From the IMG/VR virus record IMGVR_UViG_2816332336_000005, positions 41,176 through 105,175 of that record: 64,000 bases of DNA; one strand, 5' to 3'. A program made the translations under genes and the position numbers. Positions 18,905 to 28,387 of this stretch are shown here, piece after piece. Source of the stretch: a virus. Taxonomy: Duplodnaviria > Caudoviricetes. The notes below the pieces were generated by a model. That model was not told where the DNA came from. It searched no databases and worked only from the letters and a program-made list of their open reading frames with translations. Numbering within the stretch: position 1 is the stretch's first letter; every line of letters begins with the position of its first letter.

Positions 18905-19288
18905 TTATAACACGCTCCATCCTACGCCGCGATTCCCGAGCTTCACGTCATTTTCCGCCCCGATTAGTTCACGACTTATTGGCGGTATCAGATCGGCTAG
19001 TTCTCTCGGTTTGTCGCGGAATGTAAAGGATGCTACACCGGATAACGAAAACGCACTGACGCCGTTATGGGCTTGCCGTAACGTGTCGTTAAACTCTCGG
19101 GCCAATACTGCCGCGAACTCATATACAGCCGCATCCGGTACTGTATATTTCGGATATGCGGACGCTAGTGTACGTGACGCGACGTTAATTATCCGTTGTT
19201 TTCTCGCTTCGTCACAATCCGCCCAATCTTCGATATCAATAACATTTACGTCAATATAATCGTCTGCGGCTTCGATTGATAACGTCAT
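18905..19288 (-). CDS. Head-tail connector protein
   Basis: SIEAADDYI...W...ASRTL...GVSAFSLSG pattern; after the capsid gene. Confidence 0.7.
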   Translation of the reverse strand: MTLSIEAADDYIDVNVIDIEDWADCDEARKQRIINVASRTLASAYPKYTVPDAAVYEFAAVLAREFNDTLRQAHNGVSAFSLSGVASFTFRDKPRELADLIPPISRELIGAENDVKLGNRGVGWSVL

Positions 19289-19306
19289 AAGGAAACACCT
19301 CCGTTT

Positions 19307-19492
19307 TTATTCGGAGGCTTTGCCGCGTCCCTTTTTGGCGGGTTCCTCCGTTTTTGTTTCGTCCATGTATCCGTAATTGTTTACGAGTACATCACGGGTC
19401 ACTACGTCCTTAACCTCTGCTACCCCGTTGACAAACGGCACCCCCTCGGTAATGCCGTTATACTTATCATTTGGCGTTTTAATCGTATACAA
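19307..19492 (-). CDS. Small capsid-associated protein
   Basis: TPNDKYNG..GVPFVNG motif; follows the major capsid gene. Confidence 0.6.
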   Translation of the reverse strand: MYTIKTPNDKYNGITEGVPFVNGVAEVKDVVTRDVLVNNYGYMDETKTEEPAKKGRGKASE

Positions 19493-19507
19493 GGTCGCAC
19501 CTCCTTA

Positions 19508-20431
19508 TTACTTGCGAACTTCTGGCTTCTTAATGACGCCCTTCAATCGTGCGGCCGCACGAGGGTGGAATACAGCCATACCTGCATACCATTCGATACG
19601 AGTACGGAATACTGGCTTGCTGTCCAGTTCGCCTAGGTCTCGAACCGATACGCCACCATTCTGTAAGCCGGATACGTACTGCTCTGGTCCAAATCTCACA
19701 GCGTAGACAGAGCCTGTATCCTTTGCAGTACCAACCGTCTCATTAAAGCCAAGGATTTCATTACCGGATTGGTCTGTTTCAACGGTACGGATCGGGATGC
19801 CATAGTACGTAGATACAGGACGACCAAACGCGTCTGCTCCGTTTTCGATATAGTGAGTAGATTCGCGTAAAAGCTTGTTAAATTCTCGGCGCATCGCTTT
19901 CGACACAAACAATGCGCTAGGATCACCCTCCACAGCGTCAATTAGTTCGTCGATCATGTCTTGTGTGAGGTTGGCACCGTTCTCACCGGCTGAAATAACT
20001 TGACCGCCAGACAGTCGTTTTTTCAAGCCATCAAACCCCTTTGCGTCCACTGCTTGGTCGCCATTGAAAAATTGATTCGTGATAGCTAGCGACAAAGCTT
20101 TGGCTTTCATTTCGGTATGAATCGCGCGAACATCGTTGATATTACTGCGAGTCTGCACAATAAATCTGTCAACGTCCACGTCACCACCCGCGATGTACAG
20201 TTTCTCAGACGCAGGATTGATGATACCTGTAGACTCATTGTAGCCTTCGTTTACATCACGAAAACCAATGCCCGGTAGAGCACCCTCTTGATTGTACGCG
20301 TACGCATTACCTGCGATTTCCATAAACGGCAGCAATTCAAGAATGGATGAGGTACGAGCGAATGTTTCAATAACTCCGCGTTGTAGTGTATCTTGGGATA
20401 ATTTCGAAGCTTCTAGTAGGGTCAAAGACAT
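19508..20431 (-). CDS. Major capsid protein
   Basis: MSLTLLEASKL...GGDVDVDRF...FDGLKKRL...RIEWYAG; strong RBS; followed by head completion genes. Confidence 0.9.
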   Translation of the reverse strand: MSLTLLEASKLSQDTLQRGVIETFARTSSILELLPFMEIAGNAYAYNQEGALPGIGFRDVNEGYNESTGIINPASEKLYIAGGDVDVDRFIVQTRSNINDVRAIHTEMKAKALSLAITNQFFNGDQAVDAKGFDGLKKRLSGGQVISAGENGANLTQDMIDELIDAVEGDPSALFVSKAMRREFNKLLRESTHYIENGADAFGRPVSTYYGIPIRTVETDQSGNEILGFNETVGTAKDTGSVYAVRFGPEQYVSGLQNGGVSVRDLGELDSKPVFRTRIEWYAGMAVFHPRAAARLKGVIKKPEVRK

Positions 20432-20467
20432 AAATTAAACATCTCCTTTAGTAGTTTTTTTGGAAAA

Positions 20468-20495
20468 TAAAAAGACACCCTCATTTGGGTGCCTC
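20468..20495 (-). terminator. Rho-independent terminator/attenuator between scaffold and capsid
   Basis: GGCACCC-AAATGA-GGGTGTC stem followed by a T run on the minus strand. Confidence 0.55.
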
Positions 20496-21071
20496 TTATT
20501 TAGAGGAGCCGTAGCCCGCTTTAATTAATTGAATAGGGGAAAGCTTACTTAGGTCAGGCTTCTGTTGATCAGGCGTATTTGTATCCCCGCCAATCTGCTC
20601 CTGTTTCTTCCTTGCAAACAACCCCTTTTTCTCTGCTGTATTAATCCATTCAAGTTTTTGTTCGATCGTAAAATCTTTCGGAATTAAATCGTGTAACTCT
20701 TCTGGTATAGTTGAAATCTTTGTTTCGAACATCTGTTGAAGTATTGACTCTAGTTGCTGTACGCGTTGCTCTTGTGATTCTGCTTTAACTTTAAAGTCTT
20801 CTGCCTGTTTTGTGCTTTCTTGATAGAGACGTTCAAACTCGCCCTTCTTTTCAGCTTCTTCTTTTTCTTGTGTTTCTTTCTCTTTTAAAATCTCCTCTAG
20901 CTGTTTTTGTGTTTCACGATAACGGTTATTTACGTCATCGAATCTACTTTTTGGGATAAACTTTTCTTCCTGTTTCTTATCTTGGGGTTCTTGCTGCCCT
21001 TCTACAGATTCGCCCTCTGTTTCTGCAAAATATTGAAGATTTACGGAAAAAGGAAATAGTAACTTTTTCAT
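20496..21071 (-). CDS. Capsid scaffolding protein
   Basis: NLQYFAE N-terminus, IPKSRFDDVN motif, charged coiled coil. Confidence 0.85.
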   Translation of the reverse strand: MKKLLFPFSVNLQYFAETEGESVEGQQEPQDKKQEEKFIPKSRFDDVNNRYRETQKQLEEILKEKETQEKEEAEKKGEFERLYQESTKQAEDFKVKAESQEQRVQQLESILQQMFETKISTIPEELHDLIPKDFTIEQKLEWINTAEKKGLFARKKQEQIGGDTNTPDQQKPDLSKLSPIQLIKAGYGSSK

Positions 21072-21113
21072 AAACAGTCCTCCTATTCGTGTTTAACGAG
21101 CAACGCCTCGATT

Positions 21114-21941
21114 TTATTTTTCCGGCAATCGTATCGGCGTGACCACATGCCTGCAACGTGGATGAAATATCTCTCGACTACCTATAAGGTTTCCGATATA
21201 CGGGTAATCTCCCGGGGCATCCGGCATTAGTTTGACGATACGTCCTTCCCAACTACGGCAAGCATCCTTCGCCCCATGACCGGAAATACGACCGTAATAT
21301 GTTTCGCGCTCAACCGCTTCATTTATCGTCGCTTCTATTTGTGTCCGCATCATCTTCGTACGAACAACGGTGTCAACGTAAACTTCCGGCTTCCAGCGCC
21401 GACCAGCCGCATCAATTATGCCTGTTTCAACAGATCGCCCTAGCGTCTTTCTAATGTCCGAAAGGATATCGCGACTAATCGTACGCCTACCGTTAGTGCC
21501 TCGTGCCATATTCGCACGCATGGCCTCTGCGGTAGCCCTCCGGATTGCTAGTCGAACCTCTCTATGAACTCGTTTCGTAACTTCGAGTAGGTCCGATTGT
21601 GTATCAGCTATGGCTGACGCTACCAACCGCTTATTCAGCGTGCCGAATTTAGCGAGGGCCAACGCTTCGCTGACCGTACCAACGGATTCAAGAGCCACGA
21701 GACTTTCCGCGACGCCATACTCGACCGCCTTCGTAATGCTTACGTTAATCCATTCGGTGGTTTCTTCGTTTAACTCCGTGAGAATTTGTGTAATCTTTGC
21801 TACGAGCGCCTTCTCCCTTGTGTAAGAGACGTCTGTTACGTTAAGCCGTTCTAGTTCGCGCATAATGTCGTTCAATGCACGCTTGTACGCGGTGACTAGA
21901 CGCTCAATATCGTAATCGTACTGAGTCTGAGGTCCATTCAT
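21114..21941 (-). CDS. Minor capsid / head morphogenesis protein
   Basis: DAAGRRW..EVY...VRT and C-terminal C..WEG...FHPRCRH motifs. Confidence 0.85.
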   Translation of the reverse strand: MNGPQTQYDYDIERLVTAYKRALNDIMRELERLNVTDVSYTREKALVAKITQILTELNEETTEWINVSITKAVEYGVAESLVALESVGTVSEALALAKFGTLNKRLVASAIADTQSDLLEVTKRVHREVRLAIRRATAEAMRANMARGTNGRRTISRDILSDIRKTLGRSVETGIIDAAGRRWKPEVYVDTVVRTKMMRTQIEATINEAVERETYYGRISGHGAKDACRSWEGRIVKLMPDAPGDYPYIGNLIGSREIFHPRCRHVVTPIRLPEK

Positions 21942-23404
21942 TACTTGTCATCACCGCTTTTTTCGGACTCGTTGAACACTGACGGGTCCACGAACTCTTG
22001 CTCCGATTTAATACGAGCCATCTCTTCGTCTACTTGCTCCTCAGTCAATCCGTCGAGAAGCTTAATAGCTGTACGTTGGCTAATCGTTGGCATTCCGGCC
22101 GTTCTTATACTCATTAGGTTGGCCTGCTCCATTTCATCATCAGGCAATCCGTCTTTAAAATTGATCTTAGGCCATGTCGGGGTGTAGTTTAGCTTTTCCG
22201 TAGATTGCGCGTGTTCTAGTAGCTGTGCGATGTACAATACGTTTTTAAGTCCTTTGTCATAGTACTGACGTTTACGGTTTATCTTCGCGAGCAGACTATT
22301 CATACGCCACTTGATTGATAGTCCCGAAGAACCGGACGTACCACTATTGTCTTTTCCTAACGCTACAGCAGGTAGTTCAGCAACCGTTAAAAGAACGTCG
22401 AGTATCCTTTCGATTTCTTTAAAGGCCGCGTCCAGTTGCCCATCCCAAGTGATGTACTTAGGCATTACGTCGTCCTTCCCTGTAATCTCGAATACCTTTA
22501 GGCTACCAACGTGAAAAACTGTTCGACCGTCCTCGTCCACGTCCATCAAGCCCGCCGGAATAGCGATTGCAGGATCGGCATGTTTATCGAGAATTACCGC
22601 GATTTGACTGAGGCGGTTGTTTAACTCATCGAATAGTGATAGGTGTTCCGAGAGATCATCCAATCCACGCCACGAGTCGTCGTAAGCGAAGTTTGGTACG
22701 TGTACAACCAACGGAAAAGGCACGCCGGTTTTGATTTCTTTGTGAGACTCCGTAACCTCAGCGTAAATCTTCCAACTGATTACCTCGTTATCCTCATTGG
22801 TAGAGAGTGCGTTCATTCGGTATTCTCTTTTAATTATCTTCCCGGGATAATGAGACTCTACTTCAAGGAACCACTCTACGCCCTCAGACCCGTCAGCAGG
22901 AACCGGAACAGCGATATGATAGGCCGCGATCTGCTTCGAGCTACCGCGTAAGGTCTCGGGAAACACATACGCTGGATTCTGCGATTCAATTATGACCCGA
23001 TAGGGGTCGATGTCCTCCGGCAAAGCGCCACGCCATGTCTGAGCCCACTTAATCTTGTAGAACGAATCCCCCCGGTAAGCATTTCCGATTGCAGATTCAT
23101 AATTCACAATGTGCAAATCGTTCTCCTCGATAAAGCGCTCGACAGCCTTTTGTTCCTCCGAATTCTCTTTCCCTGCGCTAATATTCGGCGTTTCTCCGAA
23201 TAAAAAATCCGCACTCTTCTTAGCAATGACGCCCGGAAGATTTGCGGATATGTAGATAATGTCGCGTTGGGTTTTAGATAATCGGTTGCTTACGCGTTCG
23301 AATACATCGTGGTGTAACCCCTGTGCTAGTTTACGGTTGTCACGATACCTCTTGATACGCTTGTCATGCGGGTGTGGTGGGTAATAGTCACCGATTTTAA
23401 ACAG
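21941..23404 (-). CDS. Portal protein (SPP1-like); probable CTG start
   Basis: ADFLFGE, WRGLDD, KHADP, YITWDGQL and SGLSIKWR motifs; the GTG at 23413 lies inside the GGAGGTG RBS. Confidence 0.9.
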   Translation of the reverse strand: MFKIGDYYPPHPHDKRIKRYRDNRKLAQGLHHDVFERVSNRLSKTQRDIIYISANLPGVIAKKSADFLFGETPNISAGKENSEEQKAVERFIEENDLHIVNYESAIGNAYRGDSFYKIKWAQTWRGALPEDIDPYRVIIESQNPAYVFPETLRGSSKQIAAYHIAVPVPADGSEGVEWFLEVESHYPGKIIKREYRMNALSTNEDNEVISWKIYAEVTESHKEIKTGVPFPLVVHVPNFAYDDSWRGLDDLSEHLSLFDELNNRLSQIAVILDKHADPAIAIPAGLMDVDEDGRTVFHVGSLKVFEITGKDDVMPKYITWDGQLDAAFKEIERILDVLLTVAELPAVALGKDNSGTSGSSGLSIKWRMNSLLAKINRKRQYYDKGLKNVLYIAQLLEHAQSTEKLNYTPTWPKINFKDGLPDDEMEQANLMSIRTAGMPTISQRTAIKLLDGLTEEQVDEEMARIKSEQEFVDPSVFNESEKSGDDK

Positions 23405-23418
23405 ACGTCTCACCTCCG

Positions 23419-25164
23419 TTATAATCCGTTAGGTTTCGTATAAAACACGCGTGCTTTGCGTCGCGTACCACCGGCAATGTCGACAGCTCCCGCGAGTGCA
23501 TCCGGTAAATCATCGTGAGTGGCTCCCGGAAAGTGTTCTAGCTGCTCACTCAACAAACGATGATCACGATTAAATCGTAAAAAGCCGTTTTCAACTAACG
23601 GTTCTAGCGCTTCAATACGCTCTTCTTTTTTCTTTCGGGTTACAATCGGCTTCAATCTCGTACCGTAGACACGTTCCTTCGCAAGCCGTTCCTGTAGCTG
23701 TCGGTATAAATCGTGCTGTGCCCCTACGGTCTCGACGCCAAATACGCGATGGCCGTACCGTTTTATGATTTCAACGGCTTCTCCTAACGCGATATGTGCC
23801 GGACACTTCTTCGCCCACGCCTCTATTACGTACATAACGCCCGTCCTTCGATCGCGTCCAATAGTGACGATTGCATTGTAGTCGGACCGATTTGATTTAC
23901 CGAACGCCATATCCCAAAACGCATAGTAATCTAGCGACGTGTCTACCAGATCGGACGCGTCATAGTAACGAAATTTGTCTGGTACAAATATCTGCGATTC
24001 TTCGTCGATGGGCTGATTTTGGTACTCGGTAGAAAACGCCTTTGACCCATTGTCCCACTTCCACGTCATCAGCTTCCATAAAGGCTGAACATCCGGCCAT
24101 AAGACGCGAGCTCCTAAATCCATCTCTGATTTGTTAGCAAGATAAAACTCTTCGGCTAGGGCGGCCCTATCTGGATTCTCCGCGTTCAAATAAATAGCTC
24201 GACACTGCTCCCATAGGTCAGTACGTTCCGGCTCCTCTATCAATGCTTTAAAGAGTCTCGATTTGAAGTCGGCACGTTCATGGAGTACGTAGCGTAATAA
24301 TGATTCCGCATGAACCATTGTTCCCATAAATACCAATGCGGTCTTTTTACCTTCGGGGTCACCAAGTGGCGTCACTGTCTGCGTAAACCAATCGCGTAGC
24401 TCTTGTCTTAGTTCGGCCGTATTCGTATTCTTTTTCGATTCTAAGTCGTCACAGACGATTAGGTCCGGCCTATATCCATTCCAGTTACGGCCGCGTAACG
24501 CCTGTCCCGTAGACGCCGCTTGAACAAGCGTTAGCAGTCGCTGTTCTTCGTTCTCTCGTTGCTCCCACGCGATAAACTCCGAAGTATTATCCCGAGGATT
24601 TACCTGTTGTTTCGGGTGTAGTAAGTGCCCGAAATCAGCTCGTAGTTTTGCGTTAGATTTTAGCTGATTCGCGAGCCAGTCTAAGTTAGCCGTTGCTACG
24701 GACGGTGTTTCTGATATGATGATGATGTATTTACGTTTACGGAATACGATTTCGTGTAATGGGAACGCCTTTGATAGATACGATGATTTTGCGTGAGACC
24801 GGGGCGCCGCCCATCCGATCTTTGCATTTACCTCGTGCATAGATACCGTGTTCATAATCGCGCACAATTCGTGGTGGAACTCCGGGGCCTTGTCGATGGT
24901 TACCGGTATCCAGTTGCCCGAATTATCTGGGTTATAGTGCTCACCGAAATACTCGTACGCGAAGTAAAGTAGATCGACCTCGGCTCGGTGGATGCGTGCT
25001 AAGCGTTTAATCTCCGTTAGCCATGTCCGTAATTGTACGGCTTCATCGGCTGTTATCGTGTCATTATCGAGCTTTTTACGGAGCTTTACCGTACCCACTC
25101 GAAGCATGTCAATTAGTTCTTGTCGCTGATCTCGCGTCAACCACTTACCGTTAACCCATGCGAT
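23419..25164 (-). CDS. terL: Terminase large subunit; probable ATC start
   Basis: APRSHAKS Walker A, LRGRNW..RPDLIVCDDLE Walker B, WDMA and HDDLPDAL nuclease motifs. Confidence 0.95.
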   Translation of the reverse strand: MAWVNGKWLTRDQRQELIDMLRVGTVKLRKKLDNDTITADEAVQLRTWLTEIKRLARIHRAEVDLLYFAYEYFGEHYNPDNSGNWIPVTIDKAPEFHHELCAIMNTVSMHEVNAKIGWAAPRSHAKSSYLSKAFPLHEIVFRKRKYIIIISETPSVATANLDWLANQLKSNAKLRADFGHLLHPKQQVNPRDNTSEFIAWEQRENEEQRLLTLVQAASTGQALRGRNWNGYRPDLIVCDDLESKKNTNTAELRQELRDWFTQTVTPLGDPEGKKTALVFMGTMVHAESLLRYVLHERADFKSRLFKALIEEPERTDLWEQCRAIYLNAENPDRAALAEEFYLANKSEMDLGARVLWPDVQPLWKLMTWKWDNGSKAFSTEYQNQPIDEESQIFVPDKFRYYDASDLVDTSLDYYAFWDMAFGKSNRSDYNAIVTIGRDRRTGVMYVIEAWAKKCPAHIALGEAVEIIKRYGHRVFGVETVGAQHDLYRQLQERLAKERVYGTRLKPIVTRKKKEERIEALEPLVENGFLRFNRDHRLLSEQLEHFPGATHDDLPDALAGAVDIAGGTRRKARVFYTKPNGL

Positions 25165-25668
25165 AGGGCATCGTCTCCTTTCGTGTGATCACCGGAAACA
25201 CAAAAAGGCCACCGATTAGGCAGTTCGGTAGCCATGCGTCTGTTTCCGATTTTCAAAGTTAATTTTTGATACGCGGATTTTTCGGACACCTGACGGGAGA
25301 AAAGACCGGGGTGCCAGGGGTGGGGTACCCCTCACAATTTCGTTATACATTTCGTTGCATAACGCAGTTAACATAACAGAGGTAATCGGACTCAGCCCGG
25401 TTTCAAGAACGTTGTAGTGGCGGGCTTCATCGGAGGCACGTTTTTTATCGTTTATGCACCGTATATACAAACCGCATACCTACGCCATTTTTAGCGTGTG
25501 CCCATCCGGTCATTTCCCGCCTAAATTACGCGAATATACATCGTTTATGCATCCCCGTTGAAAAGTTTCGGAGGGGTCGCGCGCCGGGCGGTCGCAGTTG
25601 ATGTACGTGTACTTCTCATGAAACCGACTGCATCCGTCCAAACGCGTACCTTCATTATATGGCGCCTT

Positions 25669-26043
25669 CTATTCGTCCATTTCAGCTACCATGCGTTTCA
25701 GCTCGTCAATGTCCGGCACCTCTCCGTTAGCCTTCGTCTCGACTTCGACCTTATCCGTAAGCAATCCGACCTGCTGGAACAGCAGCTTAGCCGCCGCCGC
25801 GTTCCCGTCCTTGACTGCCGTGTCAAACATCGCTTTATTCACCGCAGGTATCATGTCGCGTACATTACGCCTCATCCGCGCTATAAGTTCCTTTTCGAAC
25901 GCGCTATCGTTCTTCCAATTGTAAATTGTACGTTCGCTCACGTTACATTCCTTCGCGATCTCAGCGACTGTCTTGCCGCCTTGTTGTGGCTGTGCTAGAT
26001 AGCCTATCGCGATGTACTGTTCGGTTGTTAATCGTTTAGCCAT
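25669..26043 (-). CDS. terS: Terminase small subunit (phBC6A51-type HTH)
   Basis: HTH EIAKECNVSERTIYNWK plus GNAAAAKL; upstream of terL. Confidence 0.8.
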   Translation of the reverse strand: MAKRLTTEQYIAIGYLAQPQQGGKTVAEIAKECNVSERTIYNWKNDSAFEKELIARMRRNVRDMIPAVNKAMFDTAVKDGNAAAAKLLFQQVGLLTDKVEVETKANGEVPDIDELKRMVAEMDE

Positions 26044-26070
26044 CGGTTTTATCCGTCTCCTTTCCGTTAT

Positions 26071-26196
26071 TTATCTATATGGCCCGTTACGGAAGCTCCA
26101 CAAGAACAGGCCGCCTACAAACGCTAAAGCTAACGTGCCTAATCCGATAGGTACTCCGATAAGCCAAACAGTCCACATCGGTATAGTAAACGTCAT
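26071..26196 (-). CDS. Small membrane protein
   Basis: AAAGGAG RBS then MTFTIPMWTVWLIGVPIGLGTLALAFVGGLFLW (single TM). Confidence 0.55.
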   Translation of the reverse strand: MTFTIPMWTVWLIGVPIGLGTLALAFVGGLFLWSFRNGPYR

Positions 26197-26357
26197 GCAC
26201 GCGGTCTCCTTTCGTCTCAATAAGAAATAACGCGGAACCATCGAGTGGCGCCGCATCTACATTTGGGTAAAACGCCCCCGTCAATTCGTCCAATCAGGAC
26301 GGGACGTATAGTCATTTACTATAAAAGGCGCGTTACTTTAATGAGGGAGTGAAGACA

Positions 26358-26618
26358 TTGAAAAGAAAAGGTAACAAGAAATGCATTCAACACGTACAGT
26401 ATGACGGGTATCCAAATCCATACGATCCTTATTTCTTACCATACCCTTACTCTTATCCACACCGATCAAGAGACGATGTAGACCACGGTATATGTACCCA
26501 AGATTATTACGACTGCTTACGCGATTGCCGACAGATGCCCGATCCTTATTCTGACTGCCGATCCCAGTGCAGAGCTCAGTATCACTATTGTTTAAACCAG
26601 ATCAGACACTATCGCTAG
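26358..26618 (+). CDS. Tyr/Pro- and Cys-rich moron protein (spore-coat-like)
   Basis: YPNPYDPY..PYPYSYP segment plus CxxxYxxCxxxC...CxxxCxxxYxxC; own RBS; counter-oriented. Confidence 0.65.
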   Translation: MKRKGNKKCIQHVQYDGYPNPYDPYFLPYPYSYPHRSRDDVDHGICTQDYYDCLRDCRQMPDPYSDCRSQCRAQYHYCLNQIRHYR

Positions 26619-26747
26619 AGTAGATAGGGCAGCTTGAAGCGAAGAGTTGCCTTATCTACATACTCCTTCAAATATGATTTTATTAAATGTACTTACTATA
26701 CTTAGGTCGCGTTTATTTATCTCCCTTTATATCTATCTTTTATATAA

Positions 26748-26798
26748 AGTGACAGCGCGATAGAAGGAACGTAGTGACTGATTGATGCGCTATCTTTT
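26748..26798. repeat. 51-bp hairpin element, copy 1 (49/51 identical to 61325-61375)
   Basis: AGTGACAGCGCGATAGAAGGAACGTAGTGACTGATTGATGCGCTATCTTTT. Confidence 0.9.
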
Positions 26799-26841
26799 TA
26801 AGTCTTATTAATAAGTCTAAGTACATAAGTCTTATTTACCT

Positions 26842-26910
26842 GTAAAATTTACCGTAACGTTCCGGTAAAAATTACTGTAACGTACCCGTAAAATTTACCG
26901 TAACACTTTC
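26842..26910. repeat. Three tandem 23-bp iterons next to an AT-rich TAAGTCT-repeat tract; putative replication origin
   Basis: GTAAAATTTACCGTAACGTTCCG / GTAAAAATTACTGTAACGTACCC / GTAAAATTTACCGTAACACTTTC at the 3' end of a wHTH gene. Confidence 0.75.
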
Positions 26911-27321
26911 TGACCGTCTTCTCTCACGCATTCTCGCCATGTTATCGGCCGATCGTCTTCTTTCCGCATCACGTCCGGCAAGTCTTCGTTTATACTCTCG
27001 TTCTGCCTCCGGGTATCTCTCGAATAGCTCCTCTAGGCTCGATACGGGATCAACCGGAACGAACAACTTCTTCGCGCCGTCCATGTGGGTACGTAGTAAG
27101 CCATATTCCTCGAGGACATCTAAGTGTTCCCCCGTAGTCTTTGCGGTCTTCCCGTAATGGAAAGCGAGCGTGTCCACGTTAGGCCAAGCGTAGCCTTCCT
27201 CGACGTTGTAGTAATGCGTCAGTAGCCCGTAGAGTGTCGTCATCTCCGCCTTATACTTCGGCAGAAACGTGTAATAAAATAACATGAAATGCGGTGTCTT
27301 TACGAATCTTTCTCCGTTCAC
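26872..27321 (-). CDS. Winged-HTH (HTH_36-like) replication initiator-type protein
   Basis: LYGLL...GYAWPNVDTLA......LDVLEEYGLL motif; iterons at its 3' end. Confidence 0.7.
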   Translation of the reverse strand: MNGERFVKTPHFMLFYYTFLPKYKAEMTTLYGLLTHYYNVEEGYAWPNVDTLAFHYGKTAKTTGEHLDVLEEYGLLRTHMDGAKKLFVPVDPVSSLEELFERYPEAEREYKRRLAGRDAERRRSADNMARMRERRRSESVTVNFTGTLQ

Positions 27322-27351
27322 TTAACGTCACATCCCTATATAATTTTCGAC

Positions 27352-27567
27352 TTAACCTTGTGGCTTATTACGTTCGTACTCCGCGAGAGAGCCGTCTAGC
27401 TTATCGTCGCGTCGGTATTGCCAGAACTTACGGAGTGTTTTTTCGTGAAGGCCCGAGCAGATATATCGCAGACCCTTACGTTTCAAGAACTCGTACAGAT
27501 TAGGGGAATAGCAATAAAAATACTCACGGGAATTATCCTCGTGAGCTCTCGTCAGTGATCCGTTCAT
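27352..27567 (-). CDS. Conserved phage hypothetical protein
   Basis: YFYCYS..L..FLK.KG..YI...H..T...FW.Y pattern common in Firmicutes phages. Confidence 0.6.
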   Translation of the reverse strand: MNGSLTRAHEDNSREYFYCYSPNLYEFLKRKGLRYICSGLHEKTLRKFWQYRRDDKLDGSLAEYERNKPQG

Positions 27568-27823
27568 TTACCGTCACCTTCCGTATGGGATTTAATGTAT
27601 CAAGAACCATTGCGCCGATTTGATAGTGCGATCTGTATATAAATAAACCTCGAAGCCAGTCGCAAATCTGGGGCGTAATAATATCTGCAAATTCCTTTCG
27701 CCAGTCATCCGGCATACCTCGTAAGTAATCGACATTGTAGCCGCGATCTTCTATGAACAGTTCGATTGTCCTGACCGTAGTAAAATTATGTTCTTTAATG
27801 CCGCCATAGTTCAGAGATAACAC
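27533..27823 (-). CDS. Hypothetical protein (possible CTG start at 27814)
   Basis: ORF with GGAGG RBS. Confidence 0.55.
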   Translation of the reverse strand: MLSLNYGGIKEHNFTTVRTIELFIEDRGYNVDYLRGMPDDWRKEFADIITPQICDWLRGLFIYRSHYQIGAMVLDTLNPIRKVTVNERITDESSRG

Positions 27824-27830
27824 CCTCCCG

Positions 27831-28031
27831 TTAGCCTATTCGGAACACTAGCGTAATACCAATCGGAGCGTTCGCTTTAATGTATTCGATGGCCTGTAGA
27901 CGCGGCTCCTCTTCGCCGATTACGGAAACGACAAGTCTGCCCGGACGTGATGAGTATAGGTACGTATGCACGCAGAAACGTTCGCCTACCTCGTTATACC
28001 ATTCTCGTGAGCCTGTAACCGTCAATTGCAA
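27831..28031 (-). CDS. Hypothetical protein
   Basis: ORF with AGGAGG RBS. Confidence 0.55.
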   Translation of the reverse strand: MQLTVTGSREWYNEVGERFCVHTYLYSSRPGRLVVSVIGEEEPRLQAIEYIKANAPIGITLVFRIG

Positions 28032-28043
28032 CGACCTCCTATA

Positions 28044-28073
28044 AAATAGAAAAAGCCGCCGGAATTGGCGACT
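28044..28073 (-). terminator. Terminator closing the mini-peptide cassette
   Basis: AGTCGCC-AATTCC-GGCGGCT stem then TTTTCTATTTT. Confidence 0.75.
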
Positions 28074-28127
28074 CTCGATTAGTTACTTACTCATATGGTC
28101 CGCGTACATCGTGGTAAATGCGGCTAC

Positions 28128-28184
28128 TTACCAGCCGATTCCACCGTGATCAAAACGACGCTTATTCCAATCTGGTTCTGCCAT
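28128..28184 (-). CDS. Mini-peptide 6: MAEPDWNKRRFDHGGIGW (18 aa)
   Basis: AAAGGAG RBS, ATG and TAA; manual translation. Confidence 0.8.
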   Translation of the reverse strand: MAEPDWNKRRFDHGGIGW

Positions 28185-28201
28185 ATCGTACACTCCTTTG
28201 C

Positions 28202-28279
28202 TTAGTGACCGGGGTCATCGACGTAGCCCGGGTCGTCCGTATTGCAATTACGCTGTACCGCCCATTCTGATTCGGTCAT
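28202..28279 (-). CDS. Mini-peptide 5: MTESEWAVQRNCNTDDPGYVDDPGH (25 aa)
   Basis: GGAGGAGG RBS; manual translation. Confidence 0.82.
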   Translation of the reverse strand: MTESEWAVQRNCNTDDPGYVDDPGH

Positions 28280-28298
28280 ATTGCGAGCCTCCTCCGTT

Positions 28299-28370
28299 TT
28301 AGTAGCCGGGATCGTCGATCCAAACAACGATACCTTGCGGATTATCAACCCAATTCTTATCGTAAACCAT
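28299..28370 (-). CDS. Mini-peptide 4: MVYDKNWVDNPQGIVVWIDDPGY (23 aa)
   Basis: GGGAGG RBS; manual translation. Confidence 0.8.
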   Translation of the reverse strand: MVYDKNWVDNPQGIVVWIDDPGY

Positions 28371-28387
28371 ATCGGTTCCTCCCTCAT

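Noticed and set aside
5868-22951. Numerous plus-strand ORFs across the structural module (e.g. 12117-12656, 14400-14966)
   Set aside because: Antisense shadows of well-supported minus-strand genes, with no RBS or motifs.
25216-25470. 84-aa ORF between terS and terL
   Set aside because: No RBS and no recognisable motif; the region looks like a cis-acting packaging site.
28202-28387. ORF-track 61-aa protein MREEPIWF...DDPGH
   Set aside because: Artefact: its ATG lacks an RBS and it runs out of frame across mini-gene 4. The RBS-supported ORFs are 28299-28370 and 28202-28279.
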